DNA of 32,000 bases, taken from assembly GCF_001997385.1 (NCBI RefSeq), contig NZ_CP019633.1, positions 930,001-962,000 of the forward strand. The letters run 5' to 3'. Origin of the DNA: Sedimentisphaera cyanobacteriorum (lineage in GTDB: Bacteria; Planctomycetota; Phycisphaerae; Sedimentisphaerales; Sedimentisphaeraceae). Below, one piece after another: positions 1-8,478 of this stretch. The first letter of the stretch is position 1; every line of letters begins with the position of its first letter. The notes beneath the pieces are model-generated. The model had not been told where the DNA came from. It did no database searches and was given only the letters and a program-made list of their open reading frames with translations. Position numbers and translations under genes: made by a program.

Positions 1-260
1 CCCTGCTTCCGCTCCACTCTCTTTGCGGCCTCACCGAGGTATCTTGAATCAACGTCTATAACGTATTTTACTTCGCAGTTTTTTATGCCTGCAAATTTCT
101 CCGCCAAAGCTCGTCCTCTGCTTCTAATACCCGCAACAGCCAAAACTACCTTTGAGTTTGCCGAAGCTGCTGCTGAGATCTGCGATAATCCGCCAAAGCT
201 GATCGCTCCTGCTGCAGAAAGCGAGAGTTTGACGAAATTTCTTCTTGTAATATTGTCCAT
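1..260 (-). CDS. Gfo/Idh/MocA-family oxidoreductase, N-terminal fragment with Tat signal peptide (gene continues past left edge)
   Basis: Absent from the ORF track because it is truncated. My reverse-complement translation from ATG at 260-258 gives MDNITRRNFVKLSLSAAGAISFGGLSQISAAASANSKVVLAVAGIRSRGRALAEKFAGIKNCEVKYVIDVDSRYLGEAAKRVERKQG with no stop. It has a twin-arginine motif (T-R-R-N-F-V-K) plus a hydrophobic region, then a Rossmann-like VVLAVAGIRSRG. An AAGGGG RBS overlaps the TAA stop of the upstream gene. Confidence 0.7.
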   Translation of the reverse strand, partial: MDNITRRNFVKLSLSAAGAISFGGLSQISAAASANSKVVLAVAGIRSRGRALAEKFAGIKNCEVKYVIDVDSRYLGEAAKRVERKQ

Positions 261-270
261 ATACAGCCCC

Positions 271-1626
271 TTATTTCAGTTCTCTAATTTTAATATTTCT
301 GAATGATACTCTGTTGCCGTGGTCCTGAAGGAGAATATTGCCTTTTGGCAGTTCTCCGAAATTGTCCCACTTAACATACTTGCTTTCCTTAACGAGCTTC
401 CTGAATTTTGGCGTACGTCTTTCATACTCCAAAACCTTTCTGCCGTTGAGCCAATGCTGGATGTGGTTGTCTTTTGATACAATCCTTGCATGATTCCACT
501 CACCCATAGGATTTGGGTGCTTATTAACCGCCATGATCAGGTCGTAAAGCGATGCTAGTGTGCGGCTTCCCTCGTGGTTGCCTTTTTTGGCGTCTGGATG
601 CCTTTTGTCATCAAGGATCTGATATTCAAGACCTATTGATGATCCCGGGCCTTTGTTTATCTCTGTGTCAACGTAATACTTGATTCCTGAATTCGCCCCG
701 GGAGTAATTTTGAAGTCCACCCGCAGCTCAAAATCCTTGAACTGCTTCTTTGTAACAATATCACCAGCGTTTGCTGCTTCTCCTCCGCCGGATTCCTTGA
801 TCGTAAGAATACCGTCATGCACGTACCAGCCAAAGCTTGGGAAAGTTTCAAGCTTGGCCCCGCGCCATTTGTCTGTTGATTCTCCGTCAAATAGAAGCTC
901 CCAGCCGCCGCGGCGTTCGTTTGAAGTAAGTTTGTTGTGGAGGTCTTTCTTGGGCAGAGAAATTGGCTTGGAGTATTTCTCGGGATTGTCCGTAATTATC
1001 TGGATATCTTTCCACATAACCTTGATTCCCTCTTTGCTCTTATCTCCGCCGATTGAATGCACTTGAAGCCCTATAAAGCCTTCTTTTGTCATATCATCTT
1101 CAAGATGAGAAGCTGGTTTACCGTTAAGCCATGTTTTGAAAGTATTGCCGATTGCCTCTATTCTAAATTCATTCCACTCGTTTTGCTTGAACGATTTCGA
1201 CGCTGGCTCGCCATTGGATAATGGATGAAGCCAGCCTCTTCTCGCCTCATCGTAAATACCGCCTGTCCAAGCTCGACTGGAAGGGTCTATTTCCACCTGA
1301 TACCCGTGAACTCTGTAGTTTCTGTAGTCTGCCAAGCTGCGGCTGCGTATTTGAACCCCGGAATTGAGCTTCGAATCCACCTTGAACTTCAGCTTTAAGA
1401 TAAAGTCTGAATAGGTATTGTTTGTGCAAAGAAAGCTGTTAGGCGTGTTACGTACGGTTTTTCCAACAATAGCCCCTTCGGAAACTTCGTAAACAGCATC
1501 ACCGTTCTTCTGGTGCCAGCCGGAAAGGTCGTTGCCGTTAAAAATATGCCTCCACGGAGCTGTTTCTGCCGAGCAGACCGCTATAAAACAGAACGACAAA
1601 ACACATAAAGCAATTTTTCTAAACAT
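271..1626 (-). CDS. Secreted protein with two tandem DUF1080 (3-keto-disaccharide hydrolase, PF06439-like) domains
   Basis: ORF 271-1656. I prefer the ATG at 1626 (MFRKIALCVLSFCFIAVCSAE signal peptide), which has a GGAGAAA RBS about 5 nt upstream. Two repeats show the DUF1080 pattern: W..F.G.dL.gW ... y.dF.l..eF.. ..NSG. ... G.E.Q. ... EWN...I...G......LNG. The first runs WRHIFNGNDLSGWHQ...NSGVQIRS...GYQVEID...NEWNEFRIEAIGNTFKTWLNG. The second runs WELLFDGESTDKWRG...NSGIKYYV...GLEYQILDD...GEWNHARIVSKDNHIQHWLNG. Confidence 0.85.
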   Translation of the reverse strand: MFRKIALCVLSFCFIAVCSAETAPWRHIFNGNDLSGWHQKNGDAVYEVSEGAIVGKTVRNTPNSFLCTNNTYSDFILKLKFKVDSKLNSGVQIRSRSLADYRNYRVHGYQVEIDPSSRAWTGGIYDEARRGWLHPLSNGEPASKSFKQNEWNEFRIEAIGNTFKTWLNGKPASHLEDDMTKEGFIGLQVHSIGGDKSKEGIKVMWKDIQIITDNPEKYSKPISLPKKDLHNKLTSNERRGGWELLFDGESTDKWRGAKLETFPSFGWYVHDGILTIKESGGGEAANAGDIVTKKQFKDFELRVDFKITPGANSGIKYYVDTEINKGPGSSIGLEYQILDDKRHPDAKKGNHEGSRTLASLYDLIMAVNKHPNPMGEWNHARIVSKDNHIQHWLNGRKVLEYERRTPKFRKLVKESKYVKWDNFGELPKGNILLQDHGNRVSFRNIKIRELK

Positions 1627-1823
1627 AAAATTTCTCCTTGTAACGATTAAAATCATATATACTTAATTATCTTCAGACATAAATCTGCAACATAAAAAAC
1701 CCCCATAAAATATTTGACAAGCATATTAATTCACGTACTGTAAAATTAAACTCAAGCCTTGAGCTTAAAGATAGCATTAATATTACTTCTGTCAAGAAAA
1801 TTTACGGATATACAAAAATTAAA

Positions 1824-2870
1824 TTAAGAAGGCGAACTTGTAATATCACCAAGTGCGGAAGTAAATGAGCGGATATTTTCAGTTGGCACGCCATCCGGCA
1901 TTCCGCCTCCCGCTGAGGCGATAATTCCGGACTTATCTTCCGTGCCTGCAAATGCAGCTTTCACGCATTCAGAAACCTCTTCAGGAGTTCCGGAAGCCAA
2001 AACATCCCGCGGGGGTATATTGCCGAATAAAGCAACTTCCCCTCCTGTCCATTCCTTCATCTCTTTGATAGAATGCAGAAAACTGAAATTGAACATATTA
2101 ACGCCAACCTCTGCCAAATGAGAGCTGCAGCCTTTCCCGTCTGCATCGTTATGGAAGAACCGAACAGAGCAGTCGAAAGCTGAAAAAATTCTCTTCAGGT
2201 ATTTAGAGGCAAACTCCTTAAAATCCGGCTCGCCGCAGAAACCCACTATATCATCAAGGATCAGGATGCCGTCTATAGTAGGGAATTCCTGTTTTTGCAG
2301 TCTCAGCCAATTTTCAGTATATTCTGTGATTATTTCAAGGAGCTTATGCACCTTCTCAGGGTCTGTTCGCAGGGCCATAAGAAATTCGGTTGTTCCCATA
2401 AGGAACGAAGCTATATTAAGAGGGCCTCTTGCAGCAGCGAACCTCACTGAATGACCAATACCTTCGATTTTTGTTCTGTTCAAACGCAGACGATTCAAAA
2501 CAAAAGGTGCTAAGCCGTCGGTTTCCGTTTTGGGAAGAGTGAGGCTGTCTATATCATTAACACAACTGATGATTTTGTCTGCGTGCGGAAGACCGTTTCT
2601 CTGAAAGCTGCATTTTGCGCCAAATGCGGAAGGCTCAGTACACATCCCGTACTCTGCCCAAAATCCGGGAAGAAACATCACATCGGGAAAGGTTTCTACA
2701 GCCTTCATATTGGCCTCAAACCAAAGCCGGTCATTAGTAAAGTAGTCAATCGTTGATATCCCGTACCACTCGGGCAGCCATGGGCTGTCAATAATAAAAC
2801 CCGCAGGAATGGTCTCCTGCGAGTTTCCGTTAATAACATCTATCAGTTTTTTCCACTGCACGTCGTTCAA
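1824..2870 (-). CDS. Uroporphyrinogen decarboxylase (URO-D, PF01208-like) family protein
   Basis: 348-aa ORF with a TTG start at 2870 and GGAGA 6 nt upstream; there is no in-frame ATG nearby. The URO-D/MtaA-like TIM-barrel pattern is visible by eye (PVMFLPGFWAEYG..., RGPLNIASFLMGTTEFLMAL, ILILDDIVGF, FHNDADG, GGGMPDGVPTENI). The family call is by recognition only and the substrate is unknown. Confidence 0.7.
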   Translation of the reverse strand: MNDVQWKKLIDVINGNSQETIPAGFIIDSPWLPEWYGISTIDYFTNDRLWFEANMKAVETFPDVMFLPGFWAEYGMCTEPSAFGAKCSFQRNGLPHADKIISCVNDIDSLTLPKTETDGLAPFVLNRLRLNRTKIEGIGHSVRFAAARGPLNIASFLMGTTEFLMALRTDPEKVHKLLEIITEYTENWLRLQKQEFPTIDGILILDDIVGFCGEPDFKEFASKYLKRIFSAFDCSVRFFHNDADGKGCSSHLAEVGVNMFNFSFLHSIKEMKEWTGGEVALFGNIPPRDVLASGTPEEVSECVKAAFAGTEDKSGIIASAGGGMPDGVPTENIRSFTSALGDITSSPS

Positions 2871-2904
2871 AGCACATCTCCAGTAAAATCTATTTTAATC
2901 TCTA

Positions 2905-4866
2905 TTATCTTAGTATAAACCTTGCGGCAAATCCGCCTCCAGGGGCAAGATTTATCTTCAAAGTGTCTTTCCGCGTAACTTCTTTTTTGATATAGGCGAA
3001 ATCGCTTGCATACCTTTCTGCATTTGCGCCGTCTTTCCATATATGAGCAGTATAGCTGCCTTTACCGAGAAATGAAAGATCTGCTTCGAGCTGCCTTTCA
3101 GACCAGTCTGTCATAGCCCCGAGATACCACTCTTCGCCTGACTTCCTTGCGGTAAGAGCATACTCGGCCACCTTCGCATCAAGCACCTCTGTCTCGTCCC
3201 AGACAGTGGGCACGGCCGAGAGAAACTCCATACATTCAGGCTCCTGCTTATAAAGCGAAGGGCTGTCGCATAGCATTTGAAGAGGGCTCTCGAAAATCAC
3301 ATACATTGCAAGCTGATGACATCTGGTTCCGAGGCTCATCGGGCGTTCAAATCTTTCGGCAAAATTTTCTTTCTGAGCATTCACCATCGCTCCCGGCGTA
3401 TAATCCACCGGTCCGGCATACATCCTTGTAAACGGAAGAGTGATATTATGCTCGGGATTAGCTCGCTCACTCCATTTGTTCTGCTCGCCGCCTCTAACGC
3501 CTTCTCTTGTTATAACATTCGGGTATGCCCTGCGAAGGCCGGCCGGCTTGTATGAACCGTGAAAATCCACAAGCATATGACGCTCGGCGGCATCTTTAGC
3601 CACCTTCTCATAAAAATTCACCATCCACTGATCATCCCTCTGCATAAAATCAACCTTGAGCCCCTCAGCGCCCCACTTCTCAAACATCGGCATCACCTCT
3701 TCAAACTGCTGATTCAGCGTGTGCCAGGTCATCCATAGGATAATCCCAACATCCTTCTTCTCTGCATAGCTGAAAAGCTCAGGCAGGTTCATATCTTCAG
3801 CTGGAGCTGTAAGGTCTTTCAGAACATACCAGCCTTCATCGAGTATTATGTAATCAAGGCCGTGTTCAGAAGCGAAATCGATAAAATATTTGTATGTTTT
3901 CGTATTAACACCCGCATCAAAATCAACACCGAAAATGTTATTTGCATTGTACCAGTCCCAAGCTACCTTGCCGGGCTTTATCCAAGACGTATCTTCCAGC
4001 TCACAGGGACTTGCGAGCTTCCAAACCAGCTGACTGTCTATGAGGTCTTCATCCTCCTTAGCAATTCCAACCACTCGCCAAGGGAAAGCCCTTGTGCCTC
4101 CGGTTTTTGCGATGTAATCGGCACGTTTATCAATCACCGGAACCCTGTCTCCTTTACCCGCAGGGTTAATGTGGGAATCTAAAACAAATTTCGGAAAAAC
4201 CGCCTCAAAAGACTTTGCTCCGCTGCCTTGCAGATAGAACCCGGGATAATCGCGAAGATCAGATTCAGTGAGAACCACCTTAGGGGAATTATCCGGTGCT
4301 ATCAGGGCAGGGATTGAACAAAATCTGTCTGAATCAATTTTTGAAAGGGATGTATGCAGATATTCCCTCTCCTGATGGGTAATCATACTTTTCTCTTCAG
4401 GGAAATAAAGCTTATGGTCCTTGGGGAAATTGAACTCGGCAGTTTCGGATTTTATAATTTGTTCGCCGTCAAAATCAGTTTTGAACCTGTAAGCAGCGCC
4501 ATCTTCATAAGCTCTGAAAACCAATGACCATCCTTGGCGGAAATTAAGCGTGATTTCTTGGAAGTTATCCTTAATCTCCCTGCGTTTCTCACGCACAGCG
4601 GGCTTAAGCGTCCGGCTTATGCTGCGTTTATTCTGGGATATTAAATCAGGCTCAGAGCCCAGCACCCCTCTGCTGGAGTTAAGCAGAATCTTCGAAGGCA
4701 AAAGAATTTGTTTGCCTTCTGCCTTAACACTCCACTGAATATCTTTATCGATTTCAACTGATATCTGCACTGAATCATCAGGGGAATGAACTTTGTAAGT
4801 TTCAGCATAAATATTTGAGATTAAGGCTGAAGCAAAAACCAGAAATGCAAAACGAAGTAAACACAT
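2905..4866 (-). CDS. Glycoside hydrolase family 97 (alpha-glucosidase/alpha-galactosidase-type), secreted
   Basis: 653 aa with signal peptide MCLLRFAFLVFASALISNIYAE and an AAGGA RBS. GH97-typical blocks are present: KPGKVAWDWYNANN...GVNTKTYKYFIDFASEHGLDYIILDEGW, GLKVDFMQRDDQWMVNFYEKVAKDAAERHMLVDFHGSYKPAGLRRAYPNVITREGVRGGE. Confidence 0.85.
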   Translation of the reverse strand: MCLLRFAFLVFASALISNIYAETYKVHSPDDSVQISVEIDKDIQWSVKAEGKQILLPSKILLNSSRGVLGSEPDLISQNKRSISRTLKPAVREKRREIKDNFQEITLNFRQGWSLVFRAYEDGAAYRFKTDFDGEQIIKSETAEFNFPKDHKLYFPEEKSMITHQEREYLHTSLSKIDSDRFCSIPALIAPDNSPKVVLTESDLRDYPGFYLQGSGAKSFEAVFPKFVLDSHINPAGKGDRVPVIDKRADYIAKTGGTRAFPWRVVGIAKEDEDLIDSQLVWKLASPCELEDTSWIKPGKVAWDWYNANNIFGVDFDAGVNTKTYKYFIDFASEHGLDYIILDEGWYVLKDLTAPAEDMNLPELFSYAEKKDVGIILWMTWHTLNQQFEEVMPMFEKWGAEGLKVDFMQRDDQWMVNFYEKVAKDAAERHMLVDFHGSYKPAGLRRAYPNVITREGVRGGEQNKWSERANPEHNITLPFTRMYAGPVDYTPGAMVNAQKENFAERFERPMSLGTRCHQLAMYVIFESPLQMLCDSPSLYKQEPECMEFLSAVPTVWDETEVLDAKVAEYALTARKSGEEWYLGAMTDWSERQLEADLSFLGKGSYTAHIWKDGANAERYASDFAYIKKEVTRKDTLKINLAPGGGFAARFILR

Positions 4867-5077
4867 AAAAATCCTTTCTTTAAAAACGTATAATCATTTT
4901 TGAATATTATAACTGATAATTCAAAAAGATAAAGTCGCAGATGCAAGTAAAAACACTTTACGAAGCGTTTGTGAGCAGTTATTTTTCCCGAAAATAGATT
5001 TTTATTTGAATTTGCTTTATTCGTGTATTATAAGGAAGTTTATATAAAGTTTTTTAAGTAAGCGCAGGGGTGTAATT

Positions 5078-5791
5078 ATGTGTTATTCATTCAAATACCT
5101 ATCAATTGGCGGGGCTTTTTTGTTAATATTCGTTTTGCCTGCTTCGGCCATTCTGGTTTCAAACGACGGAACGTCTTTCAATGTAAATCTGATAACGGGC
5201 ACTGAGACAGCAGCGCAATACTACAATTACGGCGGACTTTTAAACGGAGGCAGCCCAGACTTCGGCCCTGAAAGTGAGAAGGGCTTTTTCTGGCTGTATG
5301 AGCAGGAAGGCAGCTCTACCTTGCAGCTGTGCATGATTGTAAACACACAAGGGGGAACCGCTTCGAATGTGGATATGCGATTTTTCAATGCAGATTCAGG
5401 GCTTCCCGATGGATTTGAGACGGTGCTTGTGGCAGATGACAAATCTTCAGAGCTTAAGTATGAAGGTTCCAAAAATGAATTTGAAGGCAATTGGAATTGG
5501 AGCTCTTATGGGGATGGCGGTGTAATTGGAGACCTGCTCTCAAACCCAGAGGAAAACAGCGAAATCCACATTGCTGTTGGCAACTTAGCATCAACAGATT
5601 TCGACTGGTATTTTGTTTCGCAGGGCGAAGACAAATATGCCAACCCGCTGATTTTTTATGATGACGGAACTTTTGAGACTTCCGGCTCTCTCAACGACTC
5701 TCAGATGATTATTACAATCCCCGAGCCGGCTACAATTACGTTAATCGGTTTAGGGATTATCGCAAGCAGGCACAGAAAAAATTATGTTTAG
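5078..5791 (+). CDS. PEP-CTERM sorting-domain secreted protein
   Basis: 237 aa with an N-terminal signal peptide (LSIGGAFLLIFVLPASA). The C-terminus IPEPATITLIGLGIIASRHRKNYV has a PEP motif, a TM helix and a basic tail. AGGGGTG RBS before the ATG. Confidence 0.85.
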   Translation: MCYSFKYLSIGGAFLLIFVLPASAILVSNDGTSFNVNLITGTETAAQYYNYGGLLNGGSPDFGPESEKGFFWLYEQEGSSTLQLCMIVNTQGGTASNVDMRFFNADSGLPDGFETVLVADDKSSELKYEGSKNEFEGNWNWSSYGDGGVIGDLLSNPEENSEIHIAVGNLASTDFDWYFVSQGEDKYANPLIFYDDGTFETSGSLNDSQMIITIPEPATITLIGLGIIASRHRKNYV

Positions 5792-5801
5792 TGCAAAGCT
5801 T

Positions 5802-7307
5802 TTATTTTATCGGGTCTCTTCTGTCCCTCTGATGCTTCGGGATTGATTCATAGATTTCGCGTGCCTTCTTGGCATACTTCGTTCCCGGGTATGTCTCGAT
5901 AACCTCACGGCAGGCTTCAATGAGCTTTTTGGAGCTACCCAGACGGGTGTAGCTGCCTCTGAGCATCTCGGCCTTCTTAAGGAGTCTCTTGGCCTTATAC
6001 TCCTCGGTTTCTGTAAGCCCGTTCGACTGAGCCTTTGCAGGGGAATTAGGATCTGCTGGCTGCTCATTTTGCTGCTGGCCGGTATTCTGCTGCTGAGGCT
6101 GGGCAAAAGGATCGAATCTATCACCGCCGAACGGATCTTCCGAAGCGTCTTCTCCAATACCTGCCAGCCCTGCAAGCGAATCGGGATGAGTTATACCGCC
6201 CATAAGTCTGTCGCTTAAGAGTCTGAAAACCACCCCAAATTCCGGACCTGCATATTTTATACTGCCGGAACTATCGCATACCAGTACCGCCATATCCAAA
6301 GCATTCGCCCAAGCGCCGAGAACTTCGGGCAGCTCTTCTAACTGCTCGTCTTCTTTTTTCGGCTCAGAAACAAATACCGTATCCTTCAGCTTAGCATCAG
6401 TCTCTTTGAGCATCTGATCGGCCCTGCTTCTGTCTTTATCAACATTGACAGAGAGAAATTTTACCGCAGGGAGATCTTTATTCATATCCTTAAGGTTAAG
6501 GAAATATTTCAAATTTTTGGCTATTTTATTCTCCTCAACGTTTCTCTGAGAAATTATATCGCTCAGAAGCTTATCGTTCTCTGAGTAAGTTTTCTGTGCC
6601 TGTGTGAGCTCGTATTTCCCGGCAGACCATACAAAGATGCAGTTCAGCGGTTTCATATTCCCTTTCGGAACAATATCCCCGCCTAAGCCCAGCTCAGAGA
6701 TATTCCTGCCTCTGAGTTTGAAGATGTTTTTATCATAATCGAGTTTTATCGGGATATCATACGAGCTGACAGAGTCGAGCTGTTCTTCATCTATACGCTT
6801 GAGGAAATACTCTCTGTCTATCGGTTCTTCAAGAGCGATTAAAGAAAAGACAGTCAGCGATTTATAAGCCAACTCACTGCCCGGGGAAAGCTTGCAGGCG
6901 CTGATTGCTTTCTTTCTGCAGCGTTCCGGTTTTTCGCCTTCCAAATAACCGTACCAAGCATCGGCCACGTAAAGATCGCTTTTATGCTCATTGCTCATAT
7001 AACGGCTGTATTTCTTGCCCGCTATGAGCTTCATACGAATCTCTCTTTTCTTTTTTTTGTCTATCTTTTTTGAATCGGCAGCCAAACCTGCCAGTTCTGA
7101 AACGAGCTGTTTGATTTCCTGATGGGCTGTTTGAGCCTTGTTTTTCAGCTCATTAATTCTCTGCTCTCTGCTTACATCCCTGTCTATATTTCGACGCTCG
7201 GGAACCGCCCTTCTGCGGGGATTGTCGAAGCGATCTGCCGCTTGAAGGTTATTATAAGACACGAAAGAAAATATCACTGCGATTAAAACAGTTAATCTGA
7301 TTTTCAT
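5802..7307 (-). CDS. Hypothetical secreted protein (coiled-coil N-terminus, possible degenerate thioredoxin-like fold, Q-rich linker, TPR/YbgF-like C-terminus)
   Basis: 501-aa ORF with signal peptide MKIRLTVLIAVIFSFVSYNNLQA and an AAGGGG RBS. I recognise no family confidently; see findings. Confidence 0.65.
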   Translation of the reverse strand: MKIRLTVLIAVIFSFVSYNNLQAADRFDNPRRRAVPERRNIDRDVSREQRINELKNKAQTAHQEIKQLVSELAGLAADSKKIDKKKKREIRMKLIAGKKYSRYMSNEHKSDLYVADAWYGYLEGEKPERCRKKAISACKLSPGSELAYKSLTVFSLIALEEPIDREYFLKRIDEEQLDSVSSYDIPIKLDYDKNIFKLRGRNISELGLGGDIVPKGNMKPLNCIFVWSAGKYELTQAQKTYSENDKLLSDIISQRNVEENKIAKNLKYFLNLKDMNKDLPAVKFLSVNVDKDRSRADQMLKETDAKLKDTVFVSEPKKEDEQLEELPEVLGAWANALDMAVLVCDSSGSIKYAGPEFGVVFRLLSDRLMGGITHPDSLAGLAGIGEDASEDPFGGDRFDPFAQPQQQNTGQQQNEQPADPNSPAKAQSNGLTETEEYKAKRLLKKAEMLRGSYTRLGSSKKLIEACREVIETYPGTKYAKKAREIYESIPKHQRDRRDPIK

Positions 7308-7485
7308 TTATTACCCCTTTTTCCCTCGTATTATGCAAAATATTAGAATCCACTTGCCGGCATTTTAACATTGAATAAAAAAACTGCAAAGATTTAATTG
7401 TTTTTTAACGTCGTGCGCTTAAGATTTTCAAACTGGGATATGCCGAAAGCACCGAGGAATTATATAGATTTCAAAAGGCCAATTT

Positions 7486-8352
7486 ATGGAAATTAAAAGC
7501 CTAAATGACATTAAAAACTGGGCAGAAAATTATATAAAAAGCTTTTACTGCGACGATAATTTCATAAACGAAAAGACAAGGCTAAAACATATTCACACCT
7601 ACAAAGTAGCAGAGATAATCCGGGGGCTAGCAGAAAAACTCGGATTAGATAATCAGCAGATACTCCTCGCTGAGGCGATAGGTCTGCTTCACGATATAGG
7701 CAGGTTTCGTCAAATACAGCTTTACCGCACCTTTCAGGACAGAGACAGCGAAAGCCATTCTCTGCTCGGAGTGAAAGTTATAAAAGAGCTCGGAGTTTTA
7801 GACGGAATAGAACAGGAGAAAAGGGAAATTATTTTGGAATCAGTTAAGCACCACAGCGATATGGATGTAAGGCTCTCGCCCGGACTGCCTGCCTTAACTG
7901 ACATTTATGTCCGATTGATTCGAGATGCAGACAAACTCGATATATGCAGGGTAATCAAAGAAACGCATAAAAAACTTATAAACTCAAATTACAGCGAGAA
8001 TTTTCTGGTTACCCTCGGAATAAGCAGAAGCGAGGTAACAGACGATTACACCGAAGATGTGCTTCAGGATGTAATCCAGCGAAGACAGGCAGACTACAAC
8101 AAAGTACAAACTCTAACAGACAGAAAGCTCCTGCAGCTGTGCTGGGTTTACGATTTAAACTTCAGGCAAACATTAGAACTTATGGTAGACGAGGGTTACT
8201 TGCAGTTCTTTTTCGATATCCTCCCTCACACTCCCGGCACAATGCAGGCCAAGGAGTCTGTTGCTGAGTATATAGAAAGCAAAGTTTCGGGACTCAGCTC
8301 AAGACTTTCGCTAAACAGCGGTGAAACAGGCTCTATTATCAATGCAGATTAA
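7486..8352 (+). CDS. HD-domain metal-dependent phosphohydrolase
   Basis: 288 aa. HD-superfamily motifs are H(37)TYKV ... LLHDIGRF ... VKHHSD ... IRDADKLD (H...HD...H...D). Confidence 0.75.
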   Translation: MEIKSLNDIKNWAENYIKSFYCDDNFINEKTRLKHIHTYKVAEIIRGLAEKLGLDNQQILLAEAIGLLHDIGRFRQIQLYRTFQDRDSESHSLLGVKVIKELGVLDGIEQEKREIILESVKHHSDMDVRLSPGLPALTDIYVRLIRDADKLDICRVIKETHKKLINSNYSENFLVTLGISRSEVTDDYTEDVLQDVIQRRQADYNKVQTLTDRKLLQLCWVYDLNFRQTLELMVDEGYLQFFFDILPHTPGTMQAKESVAEYIESKVSGLSSRLSLNSGETGSIINAD

Positions 8353-8478
8353 GCATATTTGCTAATTACGAACAAGATTTTTCAGGATGCGTAATTTGAT
8401 TGTTGTTTTGTTGGGGCTGCTTAGGCAGCGCAAAATTTAACTTTTTTGAATTTAAATAATTAATTGCGAGGTAAAAGA

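Noticed and set aside
85-306. 73-aa plus-strand ORF from the track
   Set aside because: It lies antisense to a much better-supported minus-strand gene start (Tat signal plus Rossmann motif, with an RBS). Its sequence is low-complexity and I recognise no family.
1751-1763. Near-palindrome ctcaag-c-cttgag in the intergenic region upstream of the DUF1080 gene, considered as an operator
   Set aside because: It is a single short inverted repeat with no second copy and no cognate regulator nearby, so it cannot be told apart from chance.
5807-6175. 122-aa minus-strand ORF in an alternative frame of the 501-aa gene
   Set aside because: It is nested out of frame in a longer ORF that has a signal peptide and an RBS. 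The Arg/Ser-rich translation looks non-coding.
8417-8450. Short hairpin gctgc-ttag-gcagc downstream of the HD gene, considered as a terminator
   Set aside because: The stem is only 5 bp and the T-run starts about 12 nt away, which is too weak to call.
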